Shown here one piece after another: positions 1 through 20,225 of a stretch of DNA of 64,000 bases. Every line of letters starts with the position of its first letter. Position 1 is the first letter of the stretch. This DNA is from the human T2T-CHM13v2.0 reference genome, Homo sapiens. A program made the position numbers and the translations under genes. Location: the NCBI RefSeq assembly GCF_009914755.1, contig NC_060947.1. The stretch is one strand, 5' to 3'. The notes below the pieces were generated by a model that searched no databases, had not been told where the DNA came from, and saw only the letters and a list, made by a program, of their open reading frames with translations.

Positions 1-5212
<5,212 letters not shown>

Positions 5213-5407
5213 ATGATAATATTATGAAAAATATATAAATAGTTTGAAAATGTAGATAAAATGACTAAATTTCTGTAAAAATTTCACTTTTCAAACTGAG
5301 TTAAGGAGAAATATAAAATCTTAAAATTATTATAATTATTTATGAGATCAGTAGTTAGAATTTTCTACAGAGAGAAAGCAAGCACAAATGGTTTTTCAAC
5401 TGAGCTT

Positions 5408-5792
5408 TTGGCAGGCAGAATTTTTGGCCCCCATGATCTTTTTCCATGGTGTTATGCTTTTTAACATGTTATGTTGCATGTCAAAGGGACTTTGCAGATG
5501 GAATTAAGGTTACTAATTATCTTATTCAAAGAAAAGGAAACCTCATTCCTATAGCTGTATGGAACTGAATTTTGACTACAACCTGATGAGCTTCAAAATG
5601 GATTCTACCCTTGATGCTAAAGAAAGAAATATGGCCCTACTGACACCTTAATTTTGGTCTTATGAGATTCAAAGAGATGAAACCAGCCCTGCCCCCTTAC
5701 TTATCCACAGTACTGTGGGATAATAAATTGGTGCTGTTTTAAGTTGCTAAAATTTTTTGTAATTATTTGCCACAGCAAAAGAAAGTGAATAT
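5408..5792 (+). mobile_element. MaLR solo LTR, MLT1D/E-like, internally deleted, interrupting an old L1M fragment
   Basis: ggcagaatttttggcccc…aaagggactttgcagatggaattaaggtt…ataaattggtgctgttttaag…acagcaaaagaaagtgaata match recalled MLT1 motifs. Confidence 0.7.
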
Positions 5793-7570
<1,778 letters not shown>

Positions 7571-7574
7571 AATC

Positions 7575-9190
7575 GTGCAGGATTAGTCCTTCTTTATATG
7601 TTTGGTAGAATTCAGCAGGGAAGCCACCAGGTTCTGGGCTTTTCTTTGAGATGAGACTTTTTATTATGGCTTTGATATCATTATTTATTATTGGTTTGTT
7701 GAGGTTTTCTGTTTCATCATGGTTCAATCTTGGTAGGTAGTATGCATCCAGGAATTTACGTATGTCTTCTAGGTTTTCCAATTTGCCAGTGTATAGTTGT
7801 TCATAATAGTCTCTAATGATTCTTTGGATTTCTTAAGTGTCAGTTGTTATGTTTCCTTTTTCATTTCTGATTTTATTTATTTGGGTCTTCTCTCTTTTTT
7901 TCTTAGTCTACCTAAAGGTTGCCAATTTTGTTATCTTTTCAAAAAATCAACTTTTCATTTTATTGATCTTCTGTGTTCTTTAGTCTCAATTTTGTTTATT
8001 TCTGCTCTAATCTTTATTATTCCTTTCCTTCTTGTTTAGAGTTTGGTTTGTTCTTGCTTTTCTCGTTCCTTGAGGTGCACTGTTAGATTGCTTATTTGAA
8101 GCATTTCAACTTTTTTGATATAGGCATTTATTGTTATAAACTTCCCTCTTAGTACTGCTTTTACTGTATCCCATAGGTTTTGGTATGTTGCACTTCCACT
8201 TTAATTTGTTTAAAGACATTTTAATTTTCCTTCTTCATTTCTTCATTGACCCATTGGTCATTCAGGAGCATGTTGTTTAATTTCTATGAATTTTCTAAGA
8301 TTCCTCTTGTTATTGATTTCTAGTTTTATTCCATTGTTGTCAGAAAAATATACTTGATATGATTTTTCCTTTTTGAATTTTTTGAGACTTGTTTTGTGAA
8401 CTAATATATGGTCTATTCTGGAGAATGTTCCACTAACCGATAAAAAAGAATGTGTATTCTGCAGCAGTTGGGTGAAATGTTCTGCAGATGGCAGTTAGGC
8501 CGATTTGGTCTAGTATATAGTTTAACTCCAATGTTTCTTTGTTGATTTTCTGTCTAGATGATCTGTCCATCACTGAAAGTGTGGTGCTGAAGTCCCCTAT
8601 GATTATTATATTGCAGTCTATATCTGCCTTCAGACCTATTAATGTTTGCTTTATATACTTGGAATCTCTGGTGTTATGCACATAGATATTTATAATTATT
8701 ATATCTTCTTGCTGTATTGACTCCTTTATTATATAGTGACACTCTTTTTCTCTTTGTACAGTCTTTGACTTGTAGTCTATTTTGTCTGAAGTTAGTATAG
8801 CTACCCTTGCTCTTTTTTGATTTCCACTTGCGTGGAATATCTTTTTCTACCCTTTCACTTTCAGTCTATGTGTGTCTTTAGAGGTGAAGTAAGTTTCTTG
8901 TAGGCATGATATAGTTAAGTCTTTTTTCTTTATCCATTAAGTCATTCTATGTCTTTTAATCAGAGAACTGAGTCCATTTACATTCAGTATTATTATTGAT
9001 AAGGGAAGACTTACTGCTGCCATTTTGTTTCTTGTTTTCTGATTGCTTTGTAACTCCTCGCTTCCTTTCTCCCTTTCTTACTGTCATCTTTTGTAGTTAA
9101 GTAATTGTTCTCTGATAGTATGTTTAATTTGTTGGTTTTTATTAGTTTATTATAGGTTTTTGTATTGTGGTTATCATGAGTCTCACAAGC
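7575..9190 (-). mobile_element. Old L1 (L1MA-type) fragment covering the inter-ORF region and 5' ORF2
   Basis: Minus-strand ORFs 7566-7781 (…[15 protein letters not shown]…) and 8433-8681 (…IIIGDFSTTLSVMDRSSRQKINKE…). Confidence 0.9.
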
Positions 9191-9352
9191 ACATCAAATT
9201 TAAAAGAGTAGAAATTATACAAAGTATGCATTCAGGCCATAAAAGAATTAAATTAGGAATCAATAACAGAAAGATAAATGGGAAATCCTAAAATACTTAG
9301 AGATTAAACAACACACTCCTAAGCGACACACAAGTGAAAGAAGATGCCTCAA

Positions 9353-9467
9353 CAGGAGAATCACTTGAACCTGGGAGGCAGGTTGCAGTGAACCGAGATT
9401 ACACCACTGCACTCCAGCCTGGGCAATAGAGTGAGACTCCATCTCAAAAACAAAAACAAAAACAAAA
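9353..9467 (+). mobile_element. 5'-truncated Alu (right-arm part only) with perfect 17-bp TSD
   Basis: caggagaatcacttgaacctgggaggc…gagactccatctc followed by a (CAAAAA)n tail. GAAAGAAGATGCCTCAA at 9336-9352 and 9468-9484. Confidence 0.95.
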
Positions 9468-9592
9468 GAAAGAAGATGCCTCAAGAGAAATTTAAAAATA
9501 CTTTGAACTAAATGAATAAGAAAATGTAACCTATTTAAATTTGCAAGTTGCAGCAAAAGCAGTACTTTGAGAGTAGTATGTAACATTGATTG

Positions 9593-9905
9593 TGTTGGGG
9601 ATCAGAAACCAATACTCCAAAATATGGTGCTTTGACAGGCTGAACTGAAAAAGAAGACTCAAGGTCTCTCTGACCTCTCCCTGCCCCACCCCTATTTCAA
9701 TCCTCTGTGTCTCCCAAAGCACAAAGTGAAGTTGTTCTCTGAAGTTATCTTATCTACCTAGAAGTCATACTTTCCAAATAAGATCACAACTGCCTTTCCT
9801 GAGGTTTTATTAGCTTAACTCATCACAGGAAGAAAGACTGAGTCTGTCGACACAAATGGACAGACTTGTCACTAGTCATTGAGGGCCAAGTAGACTTTCT
9901 CCCAG
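9593..9905 (+). mobile_element. Partial ERV1 LTR (MER34/MER39 group)
   Basis: Starts tgttggggatcagaaaccaatactccaaaatatggtgctttgac…aaggtctctctgacc, resembling the recalled MER34/39-type LTR 5' end. Confidence 0.65.
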
Positions 9906-11329
9906 GCTAATGTAAAGGAAAGCATTAATAAAAATTAGAACATAACTCGATGAAATTGAAAACAGAAAATCAAGAAAGAAAATCAATGAAACCAAAAGCT
10001 GGTTCTTTGAAAAGATCCATAAAATGGATAAACCTCTAATCAGGCTATCTAAGAAAGAAAGAAGGAAGATACAAATTACTAATATCATAAATGAAAGAGG
10101 AGCTATCACTACTGAGCCTATGAACATCAAAAGGATAATAAAGAAATGTTATGAACAGCTCTATGCCCATGATTTTGATGAAATGAAACTTATATGAAAC
10201 GGACCAATTTCTTGAAAGACTCAAACTACCAAAACTCATACAAGGAGAAACAGATAATCTGAGTATGCCAATATCAATTGATGAAATTGAATCAATAATT
10301 AATATCCTCTTAAAACAGAACTCACTAAGCTGAAATAGTGTTTGGTAGGTTGAATCCTACCAAAAATTTAAGGAAGAAATGATACCAATTCTTTAAAATC
10401 TCTTCCAGAAAATAGAAGTGAGCAAATACATTCTAACTCATTCTATGACGCCAGTATTATACTAATACTAAAGCCAAAGAAATTACAAGACGAGAAAAAC
10501 TATAGGCCAATATCTCCCACTAATAGAAATGCAAAATCCCTCAACAAAATATTAGCAAATGGAATTCAATGATATATAAAAGAAACTATACAGTGCAACC
10601 AATTGGGATTCATTCCAAATATGCAAGGTTTGTTCAACATTTGAAGGTAAATTATTGCAATAGATCACATTAACATGCTAAGGAATAAAAGTCCTACAAT
10701 GATATCAACAGATGCAGAAAGACATATGGCAAAATCCAATACCCATTCATGACAAAAACTCTCAGGGATCATCTTCAATGTGATAAAGAACATCTACAAA
10801 AATCCTACAGTTAATATCATATTTAATGGTGAGAAACTAGAAGCATTTCCTCTAAGATCAAGAACAAGGCAAGGATGCCCCCACTCTAATTTACCAATCC
10901 TAATCAGCATCATAGTGGAAGTCCTAATTAATTCAATAAGACAAATAAAATAAATAAAAGGTATGTAGATTTGGAAGAAAGGAAAAAAGGTCTTTGTTCC
11001 CAGATGATATGATTGTTTATGTAGAAAAATCTCAAAAGAACCAACAACAACAAAAATCTCCCAGAACTAATAAACGATTATAGCAAGGTTGCAGGATACA
11101 AGATTAATATGCAAAAAATCAATTGCTTTCCTACATACTAGCAATGAACAATTGGAATTAGGAATTAAGAACACAACATCATTTGTACTAGTGCCAAACA
11201 AATGAAATACTTAGGTATAAGTCTAACAACATATGTACAACATTCATTTTGAGGGAAACTGCAAAACTTATGAAAGAATTTCTTAAAACCACACACACAC
11301 CTAAAGAAATAAAGAAATAGTCTATGTAT

Positions 11330-11639
<310 letters not shown>

Positions 11640-11819
11640 TCAATATTTTTATCATGTCAGTTCTTCCCAAACTTATCTAGAGATTCCACACAATCCCAAT
11701 CAAATATCTGTAGAAATTGACAAACTTATTCTAAAGTTTATATCAAAAGCCAAAATACCCAGGATGGCCAACACAATATTGAGGGATAATAAAGTTGAAG
11801 AACTGACACTACCTGACTT

Positions 11820-11872
11820 CAAGATTTACTTTAATTTACAAGATTTACTTTACTTTACAAGATTTACTTTAC
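11820..11872. repeat. 19-bp tandem repeat, about 2.8 copies
   Basis: caagatttacttta(a/c)ttta units start at 11820, 11839 and 11858. Confidence 0.9.
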
Positions 11873-14149
11873 AGTCTTCACTGTAGCTATACAGGCAGAG
11901 TAGTAAACAGAGTATGGTACTGGCAAAAGAAGAGACAAATAGATCAACAGAAGAAAATATAAAGCCCAGAAACACAAATATAGAAAACCACACAACTATA
12001 GTCAACTGATCACTGACAAAGGAGCAAAAGCAATTCAATGAAGAGTCTTTTCAACAAATGATGCTTGGACAATTGGACAGCCTATAATAACAAAATGACT
12101 CTAGACAGAGACTTATACCTTTCACAAAAATTAACATAAAACAGGTCTAGATCTGAATGTAAGATACAAAAGTATGAAAGTTCTAGAAGATAACATAGGC
12201 AGAAATCTAGGTGACCTTGGGTTTGGCAATGACTTTTAAATATAATGCTAAAAGCAAAATCCATGAAAGAAAAATTTGATAACTTGGATTTCATTAAAAT
12301 TGAAAGCTCTGCTCTGCAAAAGACACTGTAAAGAGATTGAAACAACAAGCCACAGACTAGGAAAAAATATTTGCAAAGCATATCTGATAAAGGACTGGTA
12401 TCTAAAATACACAAATAACTATTAAATCTCCATAAGAAAACAAACAACCAAATTACAAATGGACAAAAGATCTAAACAGACACCAGATGAAAAAAGATTT
12501 ATAGATTGCAAATAAGCATACGAAAATATGTTCAACAACTAATATGACCTATTACCTGATAGGTCATTAGGGAACTGCAAATTAAAACAAGATATCACTA
12601 CACTAATAGAATGTCTAAATTCAAAAACAATAACAACACAAAATGCTGGTGAGGATGTATAGTAACAAGAACTCTCATTCATGGTGAGGCAGGAGTGGGA
12701 AATGCAAAAGTATAAAACCACTTAGGAAGACAGTCTGACCGTTTCTTACAAAGCTAAATATAGTCTTACTATGTGACCCAGCAGTTACACTCTTTGGTAT
12801 GTACCCAAGTAAGCTGAAAATTTATGTCCACACAGAAACTTGCATGCAAATATTTACCGCAGCTTTATTCATAATTGCCAAAGCTTAGAAGCAACCAAGA
12901 TGTCTCTCAATAGGCAAATGGATAAGCGAACTGTGGTATGCCCATACAGCAGAATATTATTCAGTTATGAAAAGAAATGTGCTATCAAGCCAAGAAATGG
13001 TCTGGAGGAAACTTAAATGCATATTGCTAAGTGAAAGTAGCCAGTATGAAAAGGCTACATACTATATGATTCCAACTATATGACATACTGGAAAATGCAA
13101 TATAATATATCATACAGATATGTTAAATATATCATTACTGTCCCTTATAGGGACAGTAAAAAGATGAGTGGTTGCCAGGAGTTCAAGAAGAGGAAGTGAG
13201 GGATGAATTGGTGGAGCACAGGGCATTTTTAGGGCAGTGAAACTCTTCTGTGTGATACTGTAATGGTGGACATATAACATTATGCAGTTGTCAAAACTGT
13301 ACAACACAAAGAGTGAACCCTAAAGTAAACTATGGACTTCAGTTAATAACGTATCAATATCAATATTGGTTCATCAATTGTAACAAATGTGCCACACTAA
13401 TGCAACATGTTAATAACAGGGGAAACTGTGTGGGGTAGGGGATGGAAGGAATATTTGGGAACGCTGTACTTTCTGCTCAATTTTTCTGTAAAACTAAAAC
13501 TGCTCTAAAAAATGTAAGTCTATTAACAAAGAAAAAAGTTTAAAGCCAAGGGGATGTTTTAAAGGTACAGAAACACAAAATTGGAGAAGATGGGAGAGGA
13601 GATGACACTGACAAAATTTTGGAAGCTGAAAAGTATATGGAAAATGGAAAATGACTCAGTAGTTCCTAAGAAAAGTGAATATAAACTAGTAGTGAAGAAG
13701 GCAATAACCAAGCTAATTTGACTCATAGAATCCCCCAAAAGGCTCACTAAATAGTCACTGGAAGTAGAACTGTGTTGGAGGGGATTCTTAAATAAGGAAG
13801 ATTAACTGCAAATCTCAGAAGCACTCAGCTTTCTAGATCCCCAAATGCCCACCCTCATTCTGGACAGAAAATTAACCAACCATCTCCCACTTCGAGGTTT
13901 ATTTTTAGAAGAGGTTAAGACAGAGGATCTTATGGACAGGAGGACACTAGGAACAGTCCAGAGTGGTGGTGGGTAACATATTGGGAAAAAACAAGAATTA
14001 ACTGGATATATGCATATAAACACAATACAACCCCTGACTTTCTTCCCACCTTCAACACTAAGGCCTTCACCTTCAAGGTACTATGCAAATTAAGATCCAG
14101 TATGCTTCTGGGGTAACCAAAAAACATCAAAGTCTGTAGCTTAAGAGCA

Positions 14150-14468
14150 TAAGCTAAAAACGTATGTAACTAAGTCTCAAACAATAATTAGTCTACTTAT
14201 GTTGTTTTAGTGTTCAGATAATCAGTATAAATTTTTTGTAATTTGCTTTACTATACACAAACATGTTATTTTTACTTTAGGAAGATTTTAGTTTTAAAAA
14301 GTTTTTGCATAAAACTATTTTATAAGTCCATTAAAAAAACAAAATCAATTTGTGGGTCAATACATAAATATTTCCAACTATCGTTTAATTTTAATTGTTT
14401 TTAGAACCACCCTTTCACTCTCAATAAAAGTGCCTCAGTTTAGACAATAAATTATATGGTTCATCTTA
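14150..14468 (-). mobile_element. hAT-Blackjack (BLACKJACK/MER94-like) DNA transposon end fragment
   Basis: Reverse complement of 14406-14468 is taagatgaaccatataatttattgtctaaactgaggcacttttattgagagtgaaaggg, resembling the recalled MER94/BLACKJACK terminus. Left boundary uncertain. Confidence 0.55.
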
Positions 14469-14718
14469 TAATTACCAGTTAGTAAAACATGCCTAGAGAA
14501 GCTAAGAAACTTGTCCAACTGATGCAGGTAGGATTCAAATCCAGGTTTGCACTTTCTCATAGTCCTCACCATATCCTGTCTTAGCAGCAACCACTCTACC
14601 TAGCATTCAGAAATAAATAAGTGATATATTGTGATAAATGTGCTTGTGTGGATATAAACTAGTGCTGAAGGTGCAAATTATTTTTCCTGTGAGATATGGC
14701 AGGCTCATGATGTGTATA

Positions 14719-15068
14719 TCTATTAGTCCGTTCTCATGCTGGTATAAAGACCTGCCCAAGACTGGGTAATTTATAAAGGAAAGAGGTTTAATTGACTCAT
14801 GGTTCAGCATGCCTGGGGAAGCCTTAGGAAACTTACAATTATGGCAGAAGGCAAAAGGGAAGCAAGACACCTTCTTCACAGGGCAGCAGGAAGAGGAAGT
14901 GCTGAGTGAAGGGGGAAGAGCCCCTTATAGGAGAACTCACTCACTATCATGAGAACAGCATGGGGGAAACCGCCCCTATCATTCTCTCCCTTGACACATG
15001 GAGATTATAGGGATTACAATTCAAGATGAGATGAGATTTGGGTGGAGACACAAAGCCTAACCATATCA
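14719..15068 (-). mobile_element. MaLR solo LTR (THE1D/MSTA-like)
   Basis: tattagtccgttctcatgctg…gactgggtaatttataaaggaaagaggtttaattgactca…ctaaccatatca. Confidence 0.92.
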
Positions 15069-15079
15069 GACTTGTAGAA

Positions 15080-15608
15080 TGAGAAGTTTAGCAGGGAGAG
15101 AGAGAAATGCATTAGAAGAAAAGGGAGTAACACAGCCAAAGGTGTGGCAACCTAGAAAAACATGGAGAGAAGTGATAGAAACTCAGAAGGGTACTGAGTA
15201 AAAAAGATACAAATCCATAAAAGTAGAAAAACAAGGAAGAAGACACAGATAAATGAAGAAAAATAAATCCCAAAAAATTATGATACTGACAAAAACCTAG
15301 CAGAGATACCAGGAGAGTAAAATATGTTAGCTTGAGCTGAAAGGGGAGGGAGAAAAACATGGAGGAGAGGGAAGAGAGCCTCAGAAGAAGAGAGAGAGTG
15401 TGTGTGTTTCTAATATGGGAGAAACATGGAAGAGTGTGGAGAAAGAAAAAAATGAGGAGATTAGAGAAATGTGAAGGAAGAGAGAACTAATGATTGGTTT
15501 AGAAAAGGAATGAGAGAAATCAAAGAGATTTGGACTTTGGGAGGGGGAACATGGAAAAAGAAAGTTAAAAGGGGATGGAAAACAGAAAGAGAGAAATGGA
15601 GAGGAGGA
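15080..15608. repeat. Purine (GA)-rich low-complexity tract
   Basis: Strong A/G bias on the + strand over about 500 bp. Confidence 0.75.
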
Positions 15609-15610
15609 CC

Positions 15611-15967
15611 ATCTTAGTCCATTTTGCACTGCTAGAACAGAGTACAACAGAATGGGTAACGTATAATGAGCAGAAATCTATTGGCTTACAGTTCTGGAGG
15701 CTGGGAAGACCAAGATCAAGGGGTTGGTGCCTAGTGAGGGCCTCCTCGCTGTGTCATCCCATGGTGGAAGGGCAAAGAGCATGAGACAGCAAAAAGGGGT
15801 CAAATGTGCCCTTTTATAATGAACCCACTCTCATGATAGCAGCATTGATATTCCCTTAGCCATTATGGCCTAATCATGTCTCAGTAGACCCTACCTCCCA
15901 CACTCTTGTATTGAGGATTAAGTTTCCAACACATGATTTTTTGGAGGGACACATTCAAACCATAACA
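15611..15967 (-). mobile_element. MaLR solo LTR (MSTD/MLT1A-like)
   Basis: tcttagtccatttt…cagttctggaggctgggaag…acacattcaaaccataaca. Confidence 0.88.
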
Positions 15968-16019
15968 GGGACTGAAAAAGGAGCGGATTCTAAATGAAAC
16001 ACACATGTGGCATTGAATG

Positions 16020-16172
16020 TTTATACATATTTACTGTTATATATATAATTATATGTACATACAGACACACACATATATTCATTATACACACATACACATG
16101 CATATATACATGTATATATGTATATGTGTATGTACATGTGTGTATGTGTATGTATATGTGTGTATATGTGTG
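16020..16172. repeat. Compound (TA)/(CATA)/(TATG) low-complexity repeat
   Basis: Seen directly; it generates the spurious ORFs 15990-16259 and 16017-16418. Confidence 0.9.
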
Positions 16173-18264
16173 AAAGGGAAGAAAAGAGACAGCAGGGGTA
16201 AAGACATGATGCAAAAGAAATATGTAAAAGATATAAGTGAGGAGAGGAAAGACATCCATAAAGTTATCTCTAGACTATATAATAGCTATTTTTATATTTT
16301 TCTTAGGAGAATTTCTTTAAAATCATATAATTGGGTGATTCTGATAGATTATGAACTCATTTCATTCGTTCTTATATTCACTCAAAAATTATCTCTTGTA
16401 ACTGACTACACACCTTAGTTATAACCTTCTTATACATATAAAGTAAAAAAAGATTACTATATCCTAGAATCTTAGAATATTAAATACAAGAAATAGTACT
16501 TGTGTAGTACTATAGTTAAAATACCAACTTAGGGACATATTTTTCCACCAAAGACTCTAAAATTTCCCATTATTCTCTTCCCTCCACATTTCCCTATGAA
16601 GCAGCTGCAAGAACAGCAGGTCAAAGCAACTAGAGGAAATAAGTCACTCCAAGAGATAAAAGAGGTGAGGAGCAAGGCTGTGGGCTATCTGTCCAAAACC
16701 ATGGGCACTAGGTTTTTGTCATCCCTGAATATCTTGCCCTACTGAGTTCTCTAGAGAATATGAGATGTGTGACTTCTGGAAATGTGTCTTACTAGGGCAC
16801 ACACCATGCTGACATATTCATTTCTTCATAACTGGAAAAGTCAACGCTCTGACATGGATTTTAATCTGCAGTTCTCAGGAGTTTTCCCATAGAGATTTTG
16901 CAAATGATCAACTTTGATTCTCCCAAACCTGTGACTCTGCCTTCCTAATAGCTAGTACTGAAAGAAATGCACATAAGATCATAAGAATTCTGTGATTTCA
17001 TTACTTTTAATTATCAGAACACTAAAAGTTTGTCAAAGGTATGTTGATTGTACTGGAAATTTATATAATATTGAATGTGATATATAGGTAAATATTATCT
17101 TAAACACCTAAATGTAGGCTTTCAGGAAAGCTCATATGTTCACAGAAACTTCATAAATGTTAAAGCTGCCTGTCATCTTATAAATGTTTTAAATGCAGTC
17201 AGAGTTCCTAACTTATTCCTTCCTACTCCTTTTCTTTTCTCCTGTGTACATACAGTGGTGCTTTTCCCACTCACTTTCTACAATGTGGCTAGGCCTATAT
17301 TCCCCAAGACCTACCTGAACAATGTTATTTAAGCTCCTACAGGAAGAAAGATTCATAACACCAATACAGCTTTTGGTTTCACCATCATTCCAAATATGAA
17401 TACTTTAAGACTAAATCTGGCATTTCCAAAGATTCCCCACAGCCAGATAATTTGACTCAAGTTTTGTTTGTTTTTTAACTTTTAAAAACCTTTAAGGATA
17501 GCTATCCAATGTATTCTACAAAGTTATAGTAACTCTCACAAAAAATCGTGATTATTATAGTTCAAAAATGTTAATTTCACTTCTAAATAGAGATGCAAGA
17601 TGCTGAATAAAATCCTGGAAAATAAAATTCAATACTAAAAGAACAACCCACCATGATCAAGTAAGTTTCACCTTAAAAATGCAAGGAAGATACAATACTA
17701 GGCAATCTATCAATATAACATATCATACCAATATGTCAAATATATCATTTTTTGACAATTGAAACAGAAACCCCAAAAAAAGTTTACTATCCATTCCATA
17801 TATATATATATATATATACCATTGCAAACCCATTAGAAGGGATAAAATCAAAGAGACTGATAATACCAAGTGGTGGCTAGAATGAAAAACATTAGGAACT
17901 CACATCTTATAAACTACAGCGACTGGTCCAGGGATAGATTTACAAACATGCTAAGTCAAATTCCTTCTCTGAGACATGGAGTTGCTTAGTTGCTTGAGGA
18001 CATATTCCCTGCCATTTGCAGAAAACCTGTCTACAGTGGGAAAGAATGAAGCCAAAGAGAGATAATTAGAGTTGAAAAATGGTGGCAGAGATAGAGAAAT
18101 ATGTATATATTTCAATATATAAATTATACCTCTTTGTATATGTATACATTTCTATATATGAATTATATATGTATATGTGTATCTTTCTATATATATTATA
18201 TATATTTCTCTAATATTTATATATATGAGAATGACAGAGACAGTGACAGAGACAGATGACCCTA

Positions 18265-18991
<727 letters not shown>

Positions 18992-19127
18992 CCCTGCAAT
19001 ACTGAGTCTCCAGCCAGTATTACCTTAAAACAAATTCACTTTTGGAATTTTTATTAATATGAAACCATAAATTTCCATTTATTCTCAGGCTCATTTGAAT
19101 TATTTCTCTTACTTTCAAGAGAGCTCA

Positions 19128-20225
19128 CCCAATTATGAGTGAGAACATACGATGTTTGGTTTTCCATTTCTGAGTTACTTCACTTATACTAATGGTCTCC
19201 AATTCCATCCAGGTTGCTGTGAATGCCATTAATTCATTCCTTTTTATGGCTGAGTAGTAGTCTATATATATATATATATATATCATATTTTCTTTATCCA
19301 CTCCTTAATTGATGGGCATTGGGGCTGGCTTCATATTTTTGCAATTGCAAATTGTGCTGCTATAAACATATGTGTGCAAGTATCTTTTTTTGTATAATGA
19401 CTTCTTTTCCTCTGGGTAGATACTGAGTAGTGGGATTGCTGAATCAAATGGTAGATCTACTTTTAGTTCTTTAAGGAATCTCCACACTGTTTCCATAGTG
19501 GTTGTGCTAGTTTACATTCCCACCAACAGTGTAAGTGTTCCCTTTCCACATCCATGCCAACATCCGTTATTTTTTTATTTTTTGATTATGGCCATTCTTG
19601 CAGGAGTGAGGTGGTATCACATTGTGGTTTTGATTTCCATTTCCCTGATAATTAGTGATGTTGAACATTTCTTCATATGCTTCTTGGCCATTTGTATATC
19701 TTAATTTTCTCTCTTGAGAATTACCTATTCATATCTTTAGCCCACGTTTTGAAGGGCTTGTTTGTTTTTTTCTTGCTGGTTTGTTTGAGTTCTTTGTAGA
19801 TTCTGGATATTAGTCCTTTGTAGGATGTATAGATTGTGAAGATTTTCTCTTTTTCTGTGGGTTGTCTGTTAACTCTGCTGATTATTATTATTATTATTAT
19901 TTTTGCTGTGCAAAAGCCTTTTAGTTTAATTAAGTCCCATCTATTTATCTTTGTTTTTGTTGCATTTGCTTTTGGGTTTTTGATCATGAAGTCTTTGCCT
20001 AAGCCAATGTCTAGAATTTTTCCAATGTTATCTTCTAGAATTTTTAAGGTTTCATGTCTTGCATTTAAGTCTTTGATCCATCTTGAGTTGATTTTTGTAT
20101 AAGGTGAGAGATGAAAATCCAGTTTCATTCTTCTACATGTGGCTTGCCAATTATCCCACCACCATTTGTTGAATAGCGTGCCCTTTCCCCACTTAATGTT
20201 TTTGATGGCTTTGTCATAGATCTTT
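19128..20225 (-). mobile_element. L1PB1-like fragment (ORF2 C-terminus, no tail)
   Basis: ORFs 19721-20308 (…[20 protein letters not shown]…) and 19305-19496 (…[10 protein letters not shown]…); internal (TA)n and (ATT)n. Confidence 0.92.

Noticed and set aside
15112-16418. Hydrophobic and Tyr/Ile/His-rich ORFs
   Set aside because: They are translations of GA-rich and (TA/CA/TG)n low-complexity DNA and an LTR.
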